Assembly (NCBI GenBank): GCA_964419095.1
Contig: CAYQOG010000003.1
Coordinates: forward strand, 1 to 48,196
Origin: Candidatus Micrarchaeota archaeon
Lineage (GTDB): Archaea; Micrarchaeota; Micrarchaeia; Micrarchaeales; CABMGC01
DNA: 48,196 nt
Reading direction: 5' to 3'
Below are positions 9,406-19,458 of the stretch, piece by piece. Under the pieces are notes generated by a model. The model was not told the origin of the DNA and did not search any database. It saw only the letters and a list, made by a program, of their open reading frames with translations. The position numbers and the translations under genes are program-made. Each line of letters starts with the position of its first letter. Positions within the stretch are counted from its first letter, which is position 1.

Positions 9406-9774
9406 TTACTTTTCCGCAACTTCTACTTCAATGCCTCCTATTTTTGAGGTCGTGAAATTATATATCGCCGCGCCTATTGCACCGGCTATGAAACCAAGAA
9501 TCGCAAATGCTATCGGCAGGACTATTATTGCAACTATGCCTATAAGGCCGAATAATGAACTGATGCCTGCCCCTGAGAACGCCCCGGCGGGTATCGTGAC
9601 AGGGACTGATCCCGAAGGTATTGAAGAGAGATTTCCAATAGAATTAGCAAGGCTTGAAATGACGAATGAGAATATGCTGAGCGCTATGCCGTAGAGGAAT
9701 CCTATTATGGCCGCTATTATTGCGGTTATCTTTCCCGCGGAGACAACTCCTATCCTTTTTATTACCGTGACCAC
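9406..9774 (-). CDS. Small two-TM membrane protein (DUF3566-like)
   Basis: IKRIGVVSAGK N-terminus, two hydrophobic helices, YNF...GGIEVE C-terminus. Confidence 0.7.
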   Translation of the reverse strand: MVTVIKRIGVVSAGKITAIIAAIIGFLYGIALSIFSFVISSLANSIGNLSSIPSGSVPVTIPAGAFSGAGISSLFGLIGIVAIIVLPIAFAILGFIAGAIGAAIYNFTTSKIGGIEVEVAEK

Positions 9775-9781
9775 GATTACA

Positions 9782-11548
9782 CTACTTGTCTTCTACTTTT
9801 ATGCGTTTCTGCATGCCGTACATCTCGATTATCTCCTTTGTAGTGGTTGCATCCTCAGGGCTCTTGTCCTCCCTGGCGCCATCGCTTACTATTCTCGGGA
9901 ACCTAAGCGCGTATCCTATGCCTCCTGAATCCTTGCCGCATGTATGCATCGGCGACCTTGTTATTTCGTCTGCGCGAACCGTGATGACGTATTTAGGCTG
10001 AATCCAGAAATCTGGCGTTACAATTGAATCTAACCTTGCAGGCTTGTGCTGCACTCTTATCTTATCCAGTATCTTCTTGAAGTTCTTCATCTGCTCCTCT
10101 GAGAATCCCGTGCCTATTCTGGTTATTGTTTCAAAGAGATCCCTTTTCTCGTTGTATGTCGCTGCAAGCAGTCCGCCAAATTGGAACTCTGCCCTTGCTC
10201 CTCTGCCCAGGTAATAGCCAACGATCACAAGATCAACAGTATCTGACAGTTCTCCCTTGTAGCTTCTCTTCAGCTTTATCCAGCTGAATTTTCTTGCGCC
10301 TGCGACATATGGGGCATCGAGATCTTTTGCAACTATTCCTTCAAGTCCTTCCGCTATCTGCTCCTCGAAATATTTGTCAAGCTCCTTGGGCTTTTCTGCT
10401 ATAATCTTTCCCGAAGGTAGAATCGTGTCGCCTCCTTTTATTATCGACTCGAGTTTTGCCCTGCGTTCCTTGTAGGGCTTTTCGAGATAATCCTCGCCAT
10501 CAAGGTACATGAGATCAAACGCGAAAAGATGCAGCGGCATGCTCACGCTCAATTCGTCTATTCCGTGCTTCCTTTTCCTCTGTATCGTTTCCTGGAACGG
10601 ACGAAATTCGCCGGTCTCTTCGTTATAGGCGATAGCTTCGCCTTCTATTATCGCCTTCTCCGCCTTTACTTCAGCTAGGGCGGCCTTTGCTATCTCCGGC
10701 AGCATTGGCGTAAGACGCTCAAGATTCCTCGAAAATATTTCCACGCGTTTCTTGTTTTTGTCTATGTGCACTTGAGCGCGAAGTCCGTCGTATTTCGATT
10801 CCACTGCGCACTTTCCGCGCATTTTTTCAAGTATTTCTTCAGATGTGGACAGCCTTTCCGCAAGAGCAGGTCTTATCGGATTGAACAGTGATACCTTGAG
10901 CTTCTCGACACCATGCATTCCAGATTCGGCAAGAACCTCGCCTACCTTTCCGAGGTCGCTGCATATGTTGTATGCGTTTTCCAGCTTTCCTTTTGATGTT
11001 CTTTCCCCAGTAGCCATCTTCGATAACGCTTCAAGTATTGTTGCATCGCCTGCCCCGAGTCTGACTTTTCCGAGAGCAAGCCTTACAAGATATCGCGCTT
11101 CGAGAGGCGTTGCGGCTGCAAGCAGCGCGACTATTATGTGTATCTTTGCTTCCTGGCTTCCCTGGCCAGATGTTCCTGCAGTTTTTAGCAGCAATTCGAA
11201 TACTTCTTTGACGCTGTGCTTTTTCGAACTCATTCTTTTGAGTTTAGTCTTCCCCGTCAGCTCTTCGGCAGTGTTGCCTAGGTCGCCGCTCTTTCTCGCG
11301 TTCGATATGACTTCCTCTTTTGTAAATCCAGTTGCGGATGCAATTGCCTGCTGCGCGAACTTCTCCGCTACCCCAATCCGTATGCCCTCGAACGGCGGGC
11401 CCAGCAGTCCCTGTGTCATGTAAATAAGCGGGCGCATCTCGTCTTTCTTCGCCTTGCCGAGCATCTCCGCAAGTAGGTCTATCATTGTGAGGCGCGATGT
11501 GACGTCCTCGAGTTTCTGATAGTAGGATGCTACCTCCTCAAAGAGCAT
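9782..11548 (-). CDS. lig: ATP-dependent DNA ligase
   Basis: KYDGLRAQ motif I, EGE, FDLMY, EGIVAK, WIKLK, ALRFPR. Confidence 0.97.
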   Translation of the reverse strand: MLFEEVASYYQKLEDVTSRLTMIDLLAEMLGKAKKDEMRPLIYMTQGLLGPPFEGIRIGVAEKFAQQAIASATGFTKEEVISNARKSGDLGNTAEELTGKTKLKRMSSKKHSVKEVFELLLKTAGTSGQGSQEAKIHIIVALLAAATPLEARYLVRLALGKVRLGAGDATILEALSKMATGERTSKGKLENAYNICSDLGKVGEVLAESGMHGVEKLKVSLFNPIRPALAERLSTSEEILEKMRGKCAVESKYDGLRAQVHIDKNKKRVEIFSRNLERLTPMLPEIAKAALAEVKAEKAIIEGEAIAYNEETGEFRPFQETIQRKRKHGIDELSVSMPLHLFAFDLMYLDGEDYLEKPYKERRAKLESIIKGGDTILPSGKIIAEKPKELDKYFEEQIAEGLEGIVAKDLDAPYVAGARKFSWIKLKRSYKGELSDTVDLVIVGYYLGRGARAEFQFGGLLAATYNEKRDLFETITRIGTGFSEEQMKNFKKILDKIRVQHKPARLDSIVTPDFWIQPKYVITVRADEITRSPMHTCGKDSGGIGYALRFPRIVSDGAREDKSPEDATTTKEIIEMYGMQKRIKVEDK

Positions 11549-11609
11549 AAGATCACAAATTCTTTTCTCATGCAAACGTTAAAAATGCGTTGCTATTCGC
11601 TGTTCTGCA

Positions 11610-11795
11610 TCATATAGAGAGAATGCCAAGAAAGAAACCGCTAACAACTATGACAATCAGTATTATTGCTATTATCACGATCTTTGTCTTGTGTACCCTT
11701 GGCTGAAACCCTGTCTCCTCGGGCTTGATTTCCGGGGAATCTATCCATGATTCATCCTCCGGGGAGAGAAAAGGGTAGTTTATTGGCTGGGGCAT
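11610..11795 (-). CDS. Small membrane protein
   Basis: 61 aa with a single C-terminal TM helix; fills an intergenic gap. Confidence 0.55.
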   Translation of the reverse strand: MPQPINYPFLSPEDESWIDSPEIKPEETGFQPRVHKTKIVIIAIILIVIVVSGFFLGILSI

Positions 11796-11969
11796 GTATT
11801 CAGGCGTATATTATTTGGGCGGGTCACATAAATACCCACATTTTTGCAGATCCATTTGCAATTTTCTTGCGATTCGTCAATCGTGCGCAGTTAAACTTAT
11901 ATAGAAGCCGAACGTGACCCTATCTCTTTTTATATCATGGAATTGTGGGTTAACTTGGGGGTGAAAGAA

Positions 11970-12227
11970 ATGCCAAGAATGGGCGAAGGAAACAGAATAG
12001 GAAGGCAGCAGATGAAGAGCTTCGGCATGCCTAAGAGGGTGGCGCAGATAGCAGTACATCTGAGCGAGCATGTTGACTATCCTGCAAGCAAACGCGAGAT
12101 AGTGACCGCATGCAGCAGCCTGGCGTGCTTCAGCTATGAGGACGACCGCGAATGGCTCGAGGACAACCTGGAGAACAGGAGCTACAGGGATTCGGACGAA
12201 GTGGAGGATATACTGCAGATGATATAG
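11970..12227 (+). CDS. Small protein, DUF2795-like
   Basis: VDYPASKREIV...L.NRSYRDSDEV pattern; GGGGTGA SD upstream. Confidence 0.6.
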   Translation: MPRMGEGNRIGRQQMKSFGMPKRVAQIAVHLSEHVDYPASKREIVTACSSLACFSYEDDREWLEDNLENRSYRDSDEVEDILQMI

Positions 12228-12305
12228 CGTTGCAGGCGCCAGTGCCGCAGCAGTAGATTCTCTGTTCCTTTATATCTCTTCTTTTCGCAGAATAATTGTG
12301 GTTCT

Positions 12306-12917
12306 TTGCTCGAGTACGAAGGCTTGAATATTGAAACGTCAGACAGTGTTTACGTTCCTGCCGAGGACTCAGTGCTGGCTGCGGGTTTCATATCCGATTG
12401 CCTGAAAAATGAAAAGAGGACAGGGCTCAGGGTCCTCGACATGGGAACAGGAACGGGAATTCTTGGGTTGGTTGCTGCGAAAAGCCAGAATGTCTCGCAT
12501 GTGGTTTTTGCAGATATAAATCCTGAAGCCTTGGATATTGCCAGGAAGAGCTATGCATCGAATAAGGGGAAGGTGCATGCACATTGCGACTTTCTCTTCA
12601 GTGACTTGTTCCTTGGAATAGAGGATGATTTCGATATCGTGATCTTCAACGCCCCCTATCTGAGAAGCGGTGGGATTGCCAGTAGCGATCTGCGGTGGGA
12701 TGGCGGAAGGGGCGGTGTTGAGGTTTCTGAAAGATTTCTCAAAGAAGCCATGAAGCGCCTGAATGCAAATGGGGAAATATTTCTTGTCTACAGCTCGCTA
12801 TCCGATGTTGAAAGACTGAAGGATTATGCACGCGTTCTCGGATTTAGTTTCGTCGAATCGAGAAGCGTAAGGATCTTCTTCGAGGAGATAACAGTCTCGA
12901 GGCTGGAAAGAAAGTAA
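12306..12917 (+). CDS. HemK2/PrmC-like SAM-dependent methyltransferase
   Basis: VYVPAEDS, VLDMGTGTG, IFNAPY, WDGGRGG, IFFEEI. Confidence 0.9.
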   Translation: MLEYEGLNIETSDSVYVPAEDSVLAAGFISDCLKNEKRTGLRVLDMGTGTGILGLVAAKSQNVSHVVFADINPEALDIARKSYASNKGKVHAHCDFLFSDLFLGIEDDFDIVIFNAPYLRSGGIASSDLRWDGGRGGVEVSERFLKEAMKRLNANGEIFLVYSSLSDVERLKDYARVLGFSFVESRSVRIFFEEITVSRLERK

Positions 12918-12923
12918 TTAGGG

Positions 12924-13772
12924 CTAGGATTTCTCAGGGAAGTAGCGCAGCTTTTGGCGCAACTCGAGTCTTTCTATTTCCCTGGTCTTGTCCGCTATGA
13001 TATCGTCCCATGCGTTCTGGTGTTCGGCCTTGGGATGCGTGAAGCTGTCATAAAAGTGCCTGATTTTGATTGCGGAGCCCAGCGCATTCCTGAGTAACTC
13101 TATTTCCTCGTCCGGGCGGGTTGTCTTGTCGCTCTCTGTGACCAGACGCGTGTAGCTTGCCTGCTCGTGCGATATCGCTTCCTTAATTTCCTGGTCGGCG
13201 TGATGCACAGGTGCCACAGGCTGTCTTGGCCTGAATAAAGGAATTATGGCTGCTTGCTGATTCTCTCCGAGCCTAGGCCGCATAGGAACTGCATGCCTGC
13301 GCCTTACGGCTGCCCTGAATTTAAGTATTGCAGCATCAGACCGCTCTGCCTGTTGCGTTCTTGAATCGAATAGCACTTCTTCCTTCATTGTGGATTTTGC
13401 ATATTCATCGGCTTCGGTCAACGCCCGTATTATGCTGCCTCCGTAATAATCAAGCAGTGGCTGTAGGCCTGCATCCCTGAAAGTCTGCCTGTCAATCGGC
13501 ACGCATTTAGCTTCGCTCTCCATGATCAATCCAAGAACAAGGGCACCCCTCTGCTCTTTATCTTTTATTAGGACATTAAGCTCTTCGGGCAATAATACCT
13601 GTCTCAGCGCAACGGCATTAGGAACAGGGCCTGCGGATGGTTGACCCTCGCCTCTCATGAGAGTCAGTCTGTGTTCAGGAACAGGACGGGATCTGACTAG
13701 CATTTTGCCACAGGAATGTATTAGTATAGCCTTTTTTAATACTTTTCTCAGATTTTGGGGAGTCGGCGGCAA
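12924..13772 (-). CDS. Hypothetical protein
   Basis: 282-aa ORF beginning a few nt after the stop of the Zn-finger gene. Confidence 0.65.
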   Translation of the reverse strand: MPPTPQNLRKVLKKAILIHSCGKMLVRSRPVPEHRLTLMRGEGQPSAGPVPNAVALRQVLLPEELNVLIKDKEQRGALVLGLIMESEAKCVPIDRQTFRDAGLQPLLDYYGGSIIRALTEADEYAKSTMKEEVLFDSRTQQAERSDAAILKFRAAVRRRHAVPMRPRLGENQQAAIIPLFRPRQPVAPVHHADQEIKEAISHEQASYTRLVTESDKTTRPDEEIELLRNALGSAIKIRHFYDSFTHPKAEHQNAWDDIIADKTREIERLELRQKLRYFPEKS

Positions 13773-13775
13773 CAG

Positions 13776-13940
13776 TTAAATCGACTTCTCATCCGAGTAT
13801 TCGTCCTTGAATTTGACGTTTGGTGGAGCCGCCTTTCCGCACTTCTTGCAGTATATCGTCTTGTCTCCGATGTATCTCATGAATTGCGTGCTTCCGCACT
13901 CGCATGCATATTGGGCTATGGCCATTTGCTCACTAAACAT
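13776..13940 (-). CDS. Small Zn-ribbon microprotein (54 aa), missed by the ORF track
   Basis: MFSEQMAIAQYACECGSTQFMRYIGDKTIYCKKCGKAAPPNVKFKDEYSDEKSI; start overlaps the 3' end of the upstream gene. Confidence 0.75.
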   Translation of the reverse strand: MFSEQMAIAQYACECGSTQFMRYIGDKTIYCKKCGKAAPPNVKFKDEYSDEKSI

Positions 13941-14757
13941 GTGTTGCGGGCTGGACCAGTGCGACCCTCTCCTGCCGTCCGCTCGCGAGCCTCCTTACCA
14001 TCTTAAGTATTTCGTCTGCCTCGTATTTCCACTCCTCGGCTGCGGAAAGCTCTTTCTTTCCAACATATCTGCGTGAAAGGTCCCTTTCTTCCTGGCAAAT
14101 GAGCAGCAGAAGCCTCAGCAGTTCACGCTTCGTCGCCTCTGCACCAATGCTTTGCAGTGATTTTCCAGCATCGAACATCCCGCGATCCAGTTCTATCGCC
14201 CTTTCCTTTAGGTCTGTTATGCGCTTCAGGCTCTCTCTGGCATACAGATCAATTATGGCATCCTCATCAATTCTGGGCGGGGGTAATTCCGTTCTCGTAT
14301 GCTTCCCATCCCTCCTGTTTCTTATATGGCTTAAATCCGGTGGAGGAGTTGGCTTCTTTGATTTCTTCTGCCTTAGTGTAGGAGCGGTTGTCCGGCTGCC
14401 ATTGGAGGAGTGGCTAGCATGCAGCTGCTCCTCATTCTGATCTGCTTGCCCCTGCAACTTTTTGATCCTTGCATATACTGCCGGAGTGGTAACCTTGAAT
14501 CTTCTCGAAAAGTCAGAGATGGACATTCCGCCATTCTGTATGAGCTTGCGTACGTCATCGTCACTGAATTTTCGCCTGTGGCGTGGGGCGGAGCGCGCAA
14601 ATCCATTACTTTCAAGTTTAGCTCTGGGAGCGCTCTTCCTTGCAGTAGCTGCCTTTTTGGTTGCAGGACTTTTATCACTGCCCCTTCTGGCGTGAGTTAG
14701 CGCCGGGTCTGCGGCCTGTGTTTTGCGGATAGGTCTCCTTGTAGATGTACGTTCCAA
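13933..14757 (-). CDS. Hypothetical HTH DNA-binding protein with basic disordered regions
   Basis: MSISDFSRRFKVTTPAVYARIKKL HTH pattern flanked by K/R/S/P-rich segments. Confidence 0.7.
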   Translation of the reverse strand: MERTSTRRPIRKTQAADPALTHARRGSDKSPATKKAATARKSAPRAKLESNGFARSAPRHRRKFSDDDVRKLIQNGGMSISDFSRRFKVTTPAVYARIKKLQGQADQNEEQLHASHSSNGSRTTAPTLRQKKSKKPTPPPDLSHIRNRRDGKHTRTELPPPRIDEDAIIDLYARESLKRITDLKERAIELDRGMFDAGKSLQSIGAEATKRELLRLLLLICQEERDLSRRYVGKKELSAAEEWKYEADEILKMVRRLASGRQERVALVQPATHV

Positions 14758-14783
14758 TTATACACCGGGATCTGATTGTGTTT

Positions 14784-16046
14784 TCATCCCTTATAAGATT
14801 TATCTTCCAGATGAAGCACTTTCTTTACTTTGGATATCGCATCGACGGCCCTGTCAACGTCCTGCTCAGTAGTGTATAGATAGAAGCTCATCCTTGCCAC
14901 CGATACCTCTCCAAGAACCTGGTTTACCAGCGGCATTGCGCAGTGATGCCCAGCCCTTATGGCAACGCCTTCGCTGTCGAATATAGTCGCCACATCGTGG
15001 GGATGCGCTCCTCTTATGTTGAATGATATTACGCCGCCCCTTCTTTCAATATCTTTTATGCCTGATCCATAAACCGTAACACCTTCAATTTCCGCGAGTC
15101 TTTTCAAAGCGTACTTTGTGACCTTTATCTCGTGGTCCCTTATTCTCTGCATTCCTATCTTGTTGAGATACTCTATTGCTGCGCCGAGTCCTATCCCTCC
15201 CTCCATGTTCGGTGTGCCAGATTCGAACTTCCATGGAAGCTCGTTCCAGTCCGCAGACTCGAATGTCACCGTTCTTATCATATCGCTGCCGACTATCGCA
15301 GGAGTGGTCTGCTCAAGGAGCTCGTCTTTCCCGTAGAGAACTCCGACTCCTGCAGGTCCCAGCATTTTATGACTTGAGAAGCCCATGAAGTCACATCCCA
15401 TCTCCTTGACGTTAACAGGCATGTGAGGCACCGATTGTGCCGCATCAAGAAATACCATAGCGCCTGCTTCATGGGCAAGCCTTGTCATCTCCTTCGAGTT
15501 GTTTATCGTCCCGAGGACGTTGGATGCATGCGTGAACGCAACCATCTTCGGCTTTGACTTTAGCTTTTCCTTGAAATCATCCATGTCCACGAATGACTTG
15601 TCCTTCAGCTTCACGTGATCGAGGATCGCCTTCTTCCTTTTTGCGAGCATGAGCCATGGAACTATGTTGCTGTGGTGTTCCATGTCCGTTATCAGGATAT
15701 GGTCGCCCCTTTTTATGTTCGGCTCTCCCCATGAGAGCGCGACTATGTTGACCGCATCGGTGGCGTTCCTGCAGTACACTATGTCCCTGTAAGAATCCGC
15801 GCCTATGAACTTCGCTGCAAGCTCCTTGGACCTTGAATACTCTTCCGTGGACTTCATTGAGATTTCGTAGAGCCCCCTGTGTATGTTTGAGTTGTAGGTT
15901 TTGTAGTACTCTGAAACCTTGTTTATTACTTGGTTTGGCTTCTGTGAAGTGGATGCGCTGTCCAGATAAGTAAGCGGCTTTCCGTGGCTCGTTGTGGAGA
16001 GAATAGGAAAATCCTTTCTTATGCTATTTGCATCAAGCTCTGGCAT
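14784..16046 (-). CDS. sufS: Cysteine desulfurase SufS
   Basis: YLDSASTSQKP, FSSHKMLGP, IRAGHHCA. Confidence 0.96.
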   Translation of the reverse strand: MPELDANSIRKDFPILSTTSHGKPLTYLDSASTSQKPNQVINKVSEYYKTYNSNIHRGLYEISMKSTEEYSRSKELAAKFIGADSYRDIVYCRNATDAVNIVALSWGEPNIKRGDHILITDMEHHSNIVPWLMLAKRKKAILDHVKLKDKSFVDMDDFKEKLKSKPKMVAFTHASNVLGTINNSKEMTRLAHEAGAMVFLDAAQSVPHMPVNVKEMGCDFMGFSSHKMLGPAGVGVLYGKDELLEQTTPAIVGSDMIRTVTFESADWNELPWKFESGTPNMEGGIGLGAAIEYLNKIGMQRIRDHEIKVTKYALKRLAEIEGVTVYGSGIKDIERRGGVISFNIRGAHPHDVATIFDSEGVAIRAGHHCAMPLVNQVLGEVSVARMSFYLYTTEQDVDRAVDAISKVKKVLHLEDKSYKG

Positions 16047-16050
16047 TTCA

Positions 16051-16776
16051 TCACTTTACTTCGTATCCCTCCTTCTCTATCTTCTCTATCAGCTCCTTGC
16101 CCCCTTCCCTCACTATCTTGCCGTCATGCATGACGTGTATGAACTGCGGAGACATATAATTGAGTATCCTGCTGTAGTGTGTTATCACGAGAAGTCCGAG
16201 TCCTGTCTTCTTCTGCAGCAGGTTTATGCTCTGCGCTACGACCTTTACAGCATCAACGTCGAGTCCAGAATCCGGTTCATCGAGTATGGCGATCTTTGGC
16301 TTGAGCACCGACATCTGCAGTATCTCTGTTTTCTTCTTCTCCCCTCCGGAGAATCCGAAGTTGAGCGACCTTCCTATGAGGTCTTCCTTTATCTTCAGGT
16401 CCTTGGATGTGTCCTTTACTTCGGTGAGAAAATCCTTGAATGACTGGGTGTTCCCAACAGCCCCTCTTGCAGTGTTGAGGAAATTCATGAGTCCCAATCC
16501 TTCTATCTCGGTGGGATTCTGGAATTCGAGGAATATTCCCTTCTTTGCGCGTTCGTTCGGCTTGAGGTCCTTTATGTTCTCCCCGTCAATGAGTATGTCC
16601 CCTTTTGTTATCTTCAGCTGCGGATGCCCCATTATCGCCTTTGCAAGCGTGGTCTTCCCGGAACCGTTAGGTCCCATGAGGACATGCTGCTCTCCCTCCT
16701 TTATCTTGAGACTTACGCCTTTGACTATCTCCTTTCCCTCCGCTTCCACATACAGATCTTTTAGTTCCAACAACAT
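16051..16776 (-). CDS. sufC: Fe-S assembly ATPase SufC
   Basis: GPNGSGKT, GFSGGEKKK, LDEPDSGLD. Confidence 0.96.
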   Translation of the reverse strand: MLLELKDLYVEAEGKEIVKGVSLKIKEGEQHVLMGPNGSGKTTLAKAIMGHPQLKITKGDILIDGENIKDLKPNERAKKGIFLEFQNPTEIEGLGLMNFLNTARGAVGNTQSFKDFLTEVKDTSKDLKIKEDLIGRSLNFGFSGGEKKKTEILQMSVLKPKIAILDEPDSGLDVDAVKVVAQSINLLQKKTGLGLLVITHYSRILNYMSPQFIHVMHDGKIVREGGKELIEKIEKEGYEVK

Positions 16777-16781
16777 TCAAT

Positions 16782-18020
16782 TCACCTTGAAGGCCTCTGC
16801 ACGACCCATACGTTCCTCGGAGTTATCTCCGAAAGTATGCCATAGGTCTTCTTGTCAAGCTTGTCAAGCATAACCGACATTGCGATCTCCCTCGCAAAGG
16901 GACTCGTGATCTTTGATATGTACTTTGAAATAAACGCCGCGACGAAGAGCTTCCTAGCCTGCGATTCCTCTATTCCCCTTGATGTGAGGTAGAATAGAGC
17001 GTCGGGGTCTATCGGTGCTGTCGATGCCGAGTGCGATGCCTTAACCTCGTTGCTGTAATCTATTGAAAGATCAGGCAGCGCGTCCATGTGCGCATCCTTG
17101 CTGAGAAGTATTCCTTTTTCCACTATCGTTGATACGGATCCCCGTGTTTTGTCCGCAACCTTTGCGAATCCCTTGAGCATGCATTTCGAGAGATCGTCGA
17201 GTATCACTCCAGATTCAAGCGAGACAGTGCTCTTTGGCGTTGAGTTTATTACCGCATTGTCGAGGTCGAATTGCTGCGATGAAATTCCGAATGCGAGTTC
17301 CGTTACTTCTACCCTGCTCGCAATTCCCCTTGCATCCAGCACGGACCTTGCCTTTGTAGCTTCACCCCCGCAGTATACGGAGTTCAGCAATAGCTGCGCT
17401 TGCTCTCCTGTGTTCCCCTTGCAGAGATTCACTACGGTAGTATTGGCATTCTCGTTATGCAGTGCATTGAGCTCGAGTATCGAGTTATTTTGGCACTGCA
17501 GTTCGTGAAGAACCGATAGGGTGGCCTTTTCGTTTGCAGTGGAGAGATAGAATTCAGATACGTCTGCCTTCGCCGCTTCCCCTGCATTGACCAGTACCTG
17601 TGCAGAGAGGTTGCCGCTGTTTACGAATAGGATGTTTAGGCTCGCCCTCCGGTTATTCTGCACGTCTATGGTCACAAAATACTTTGCATTCGCATTAACG
17701 TATGCCGCAAGCTTATCATCGCTGCTCTTGAATATCTTGTTCTGGAGCAGGTTGTTGTCGAACTCCTCAGCCTTTGTTATACTTACAAGCGGATTCGTGC
17801 TTGTTGCATAAGAATCAGTGATCACTGCATCAAACTTTATTCGTGTCTTCTCTGAAATCTGGCTTACCATCTTTTCCAGTCCGGCCTTTCCATCGGCATT
17901 TGCAACAAGTTCCTCGGGAAGAACCATGACCACGCTGTATTTCTTATAGAGATCATTCATCTCTAGAGGCAACTCTCTGTAATATTGCATGGCTTCCTTT
18001 ACGAAATCAGAGTAGGACAT
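16782..18020 (-). CDS. sufD: Fe-S assembly protein SufD
   Basis: ALPDLSI, EVKASHSAS, LFYLTSRGI; lies between sufB and sufC. Confidence 0.88.
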   Translation of the reverse strand: MSYSDFVKEAMQYYRELPLEMNDLYKKYSVVMVLPEELVANADGKAGLEKMVSQISEKTRIKFDAVITDSYATSTNPLVSITKAEEFDNNLLQNKIFKSSDDKLAAYVNANAKYFVTIDVQNNRRASLNILFVNSGNLSAQVLVNAGEAAKADVSEFYLSTANEKATLSVLHELQCQNNSILELNALHNENANTTVVNLCKGNTGEQAQLLLNSVYCGGEATKARSVLDARGIASRVEVTELAFGISSQQFDLDNAVINSTPKSTVSLESGVILDDLSKCMLKGFAKVADKTRGSVSTIVEKGILLSKDAHMDALPDLSIDYSNEVKASHSASTAPIDPDALFYLTSRGIEESQARKLFVAAFISKYISKITSPFAREIAMSVMLDKLDKKTYGILSEITPRNVWVVQRPSR

Positions 18021-18037
18021 AAAGATCTGTTGTTTGA

Positions 18038-19450
18038 TTAGCCTATTCCCTTGCTTGTATCGAGCTTTATGAGCCTCTTCAGTTCGAGGGAATACTCGAG
18101 AGGCAAAACCTTTGTAAGATCGTCTATGAATCCAAGCACTATCATCGCTATCGCATCGTCTTCCGGGATTCCCCTCGACATCAGGTAGAATATATCGTCA
18201 TCGCTTATCTTTCCGACCTTAGCTTCGTGGCTTATCACGGCGTCGCTCCTGTTGATCTGGTTGTACGGATAAGTGTTTGTCTTCGCCTTATCATCAAGAA
18301 GCAGCGCGTCGCATGAGACGTGAGCTTTAACATTAGCGGCATTCTTGGCAACATGCATAAGACCTCTGAATGTCGTAACCCCGGTTCCCTTTGATACGCT
18401 TTTTGAGACTATCTTTGAGGTAGTGTTAGATGCGAGATGATAGATCTTTCCCCCGGAATCTTGAATCTGCCCATCTCCTGCTATTGCAATTGATAGAACT
18501 TCCCCGCGCGCATGCTCTCCCATCAAGTATATTGATGGGTACTTTTCGTTAACCTTACTGCCTATATTTGCATCAATCCATTCAACACGTGCGTTTTTTG
18601 CAGCGTGCGCTCTTTGCGTAACAAGATTGTAAATATTCTTTGACCAATTCTGAATTGTAACGTATCTTATGTGCGCTCCTTCAAGTGCGACAAGTTCTAC
18701 TACAGCCGCATGCAGCGAGTCTTTCTTGTATACAGGCGCGGTACAGCCCTCCACGTAGCACACATCAGCGCCCTCGTCTGCGATGATAAGAGTCCTCTCA
18801 AACTGCCCTGCATTCATGGCATTGATTCTGAAGTAGGCATTGAGCGGCATGGGCACTTTGACACCTTTTGGCACATATATGAAACTTCCGCCTGACCATG
18901 TTGCAGTATTTAGTGCTGCAAACTTGTTATCAGTAGGGGGAATTATGGTTCCCCAGTACTTCTTGAATATTTCGGGGTATTTCTTTATTGCAGTATCAGT
19001 ATCGGTGAAGATTATTCCAAGTTTCTCCAGCTCTTCGTTTATATGCGAGTAGACTACTCCGCTATCGAATTGGGCTTCTGCACCAGAGAAGAACTTCCTC
19101 TCTGCCTCTGGGACTCCGAGCTTGTCAAACGTGTCCTTGATCTCCTTTGGGACATCCTCCCAGTTGTTTGCCTCCTTGGACTTTGGCATCAGGTAATAAT
19201 AGTACTCGTTGAAATCGATAGCGCTGAGATCCACGCCCCATGTTGGGACGGGTTTGCTCTGAAAGACCCTGAAGCCAGTGAGTCTCTTCTCGAGCATCCA
19301 TTCCGGTTCTCCCTTAAGTTTGGATATCTTCCTGACTATATCTTCTGAGAGACCTCTTGGAAAGTCCTCATACTCGATCTTCTTGCTGAATCCATATCTT
19401 TCAATATATTCATTCTTGTCTACTACTTCCTCCAAACCCTCGTTTACCAT
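18038..19450 (-). CDS. sufB: Fe-S assembly protein SufB
   Basis: GQFERTLII, YVEGCTAP, LHAAVVE, HEAKVGKI, FYLMSRG. Confidence 0.96.
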   Translation of the reverse strand: MVNEGLEEVVDKNEYIERYGFSKKIEYEDFPRGLSEDIVRKISKLKGEPEWMLEKRLTGFRVFQSKPVPTWGVDLSAIDFNEYYYYLMPKSKEANNWEDVPKEIKDTFDKLGVPEAERKFFSGAEAQFDSGVVYSHINEELEKLGIIFTDTDTAIKKYPEIFKKYWGTIIPPTDNKFAALNTATWSGGSFIYVPKGVKVPMPLNAYFRINAMNAGQFERTLIIADEGADVCYVEGCTAPVYKKDSLHAAVVELVALEGAHIRYVTIQNWSKNIYNLVTQRAHAAKNARVEWIDANIGSKVNEKYPSIYLMGEHARGEVLSIAIAGDGQIQDSGGKIYHLASNTTSKIVSKSVSKGTGVTTFRGLMHVAKNAANVKAHVSCDALLLDDKAKTNTYPYNQINRSDAVISHEAKVGKISDDDIFYLMSRGIPEDDAIAMIVLGFIDDLTKVLPLEYSLELKRLIKLDTSKGIG

Positions 19451-19458
19451 ACAATCAC

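Noticed and set aside
13776-13940. Ribosomal protein or RNAP subunit identity for the Zn-ribbon ORF
   Set aside because: Cys spacing and flanks do not match L37e, L37ae, L40e, S27e or RpoP patterns.
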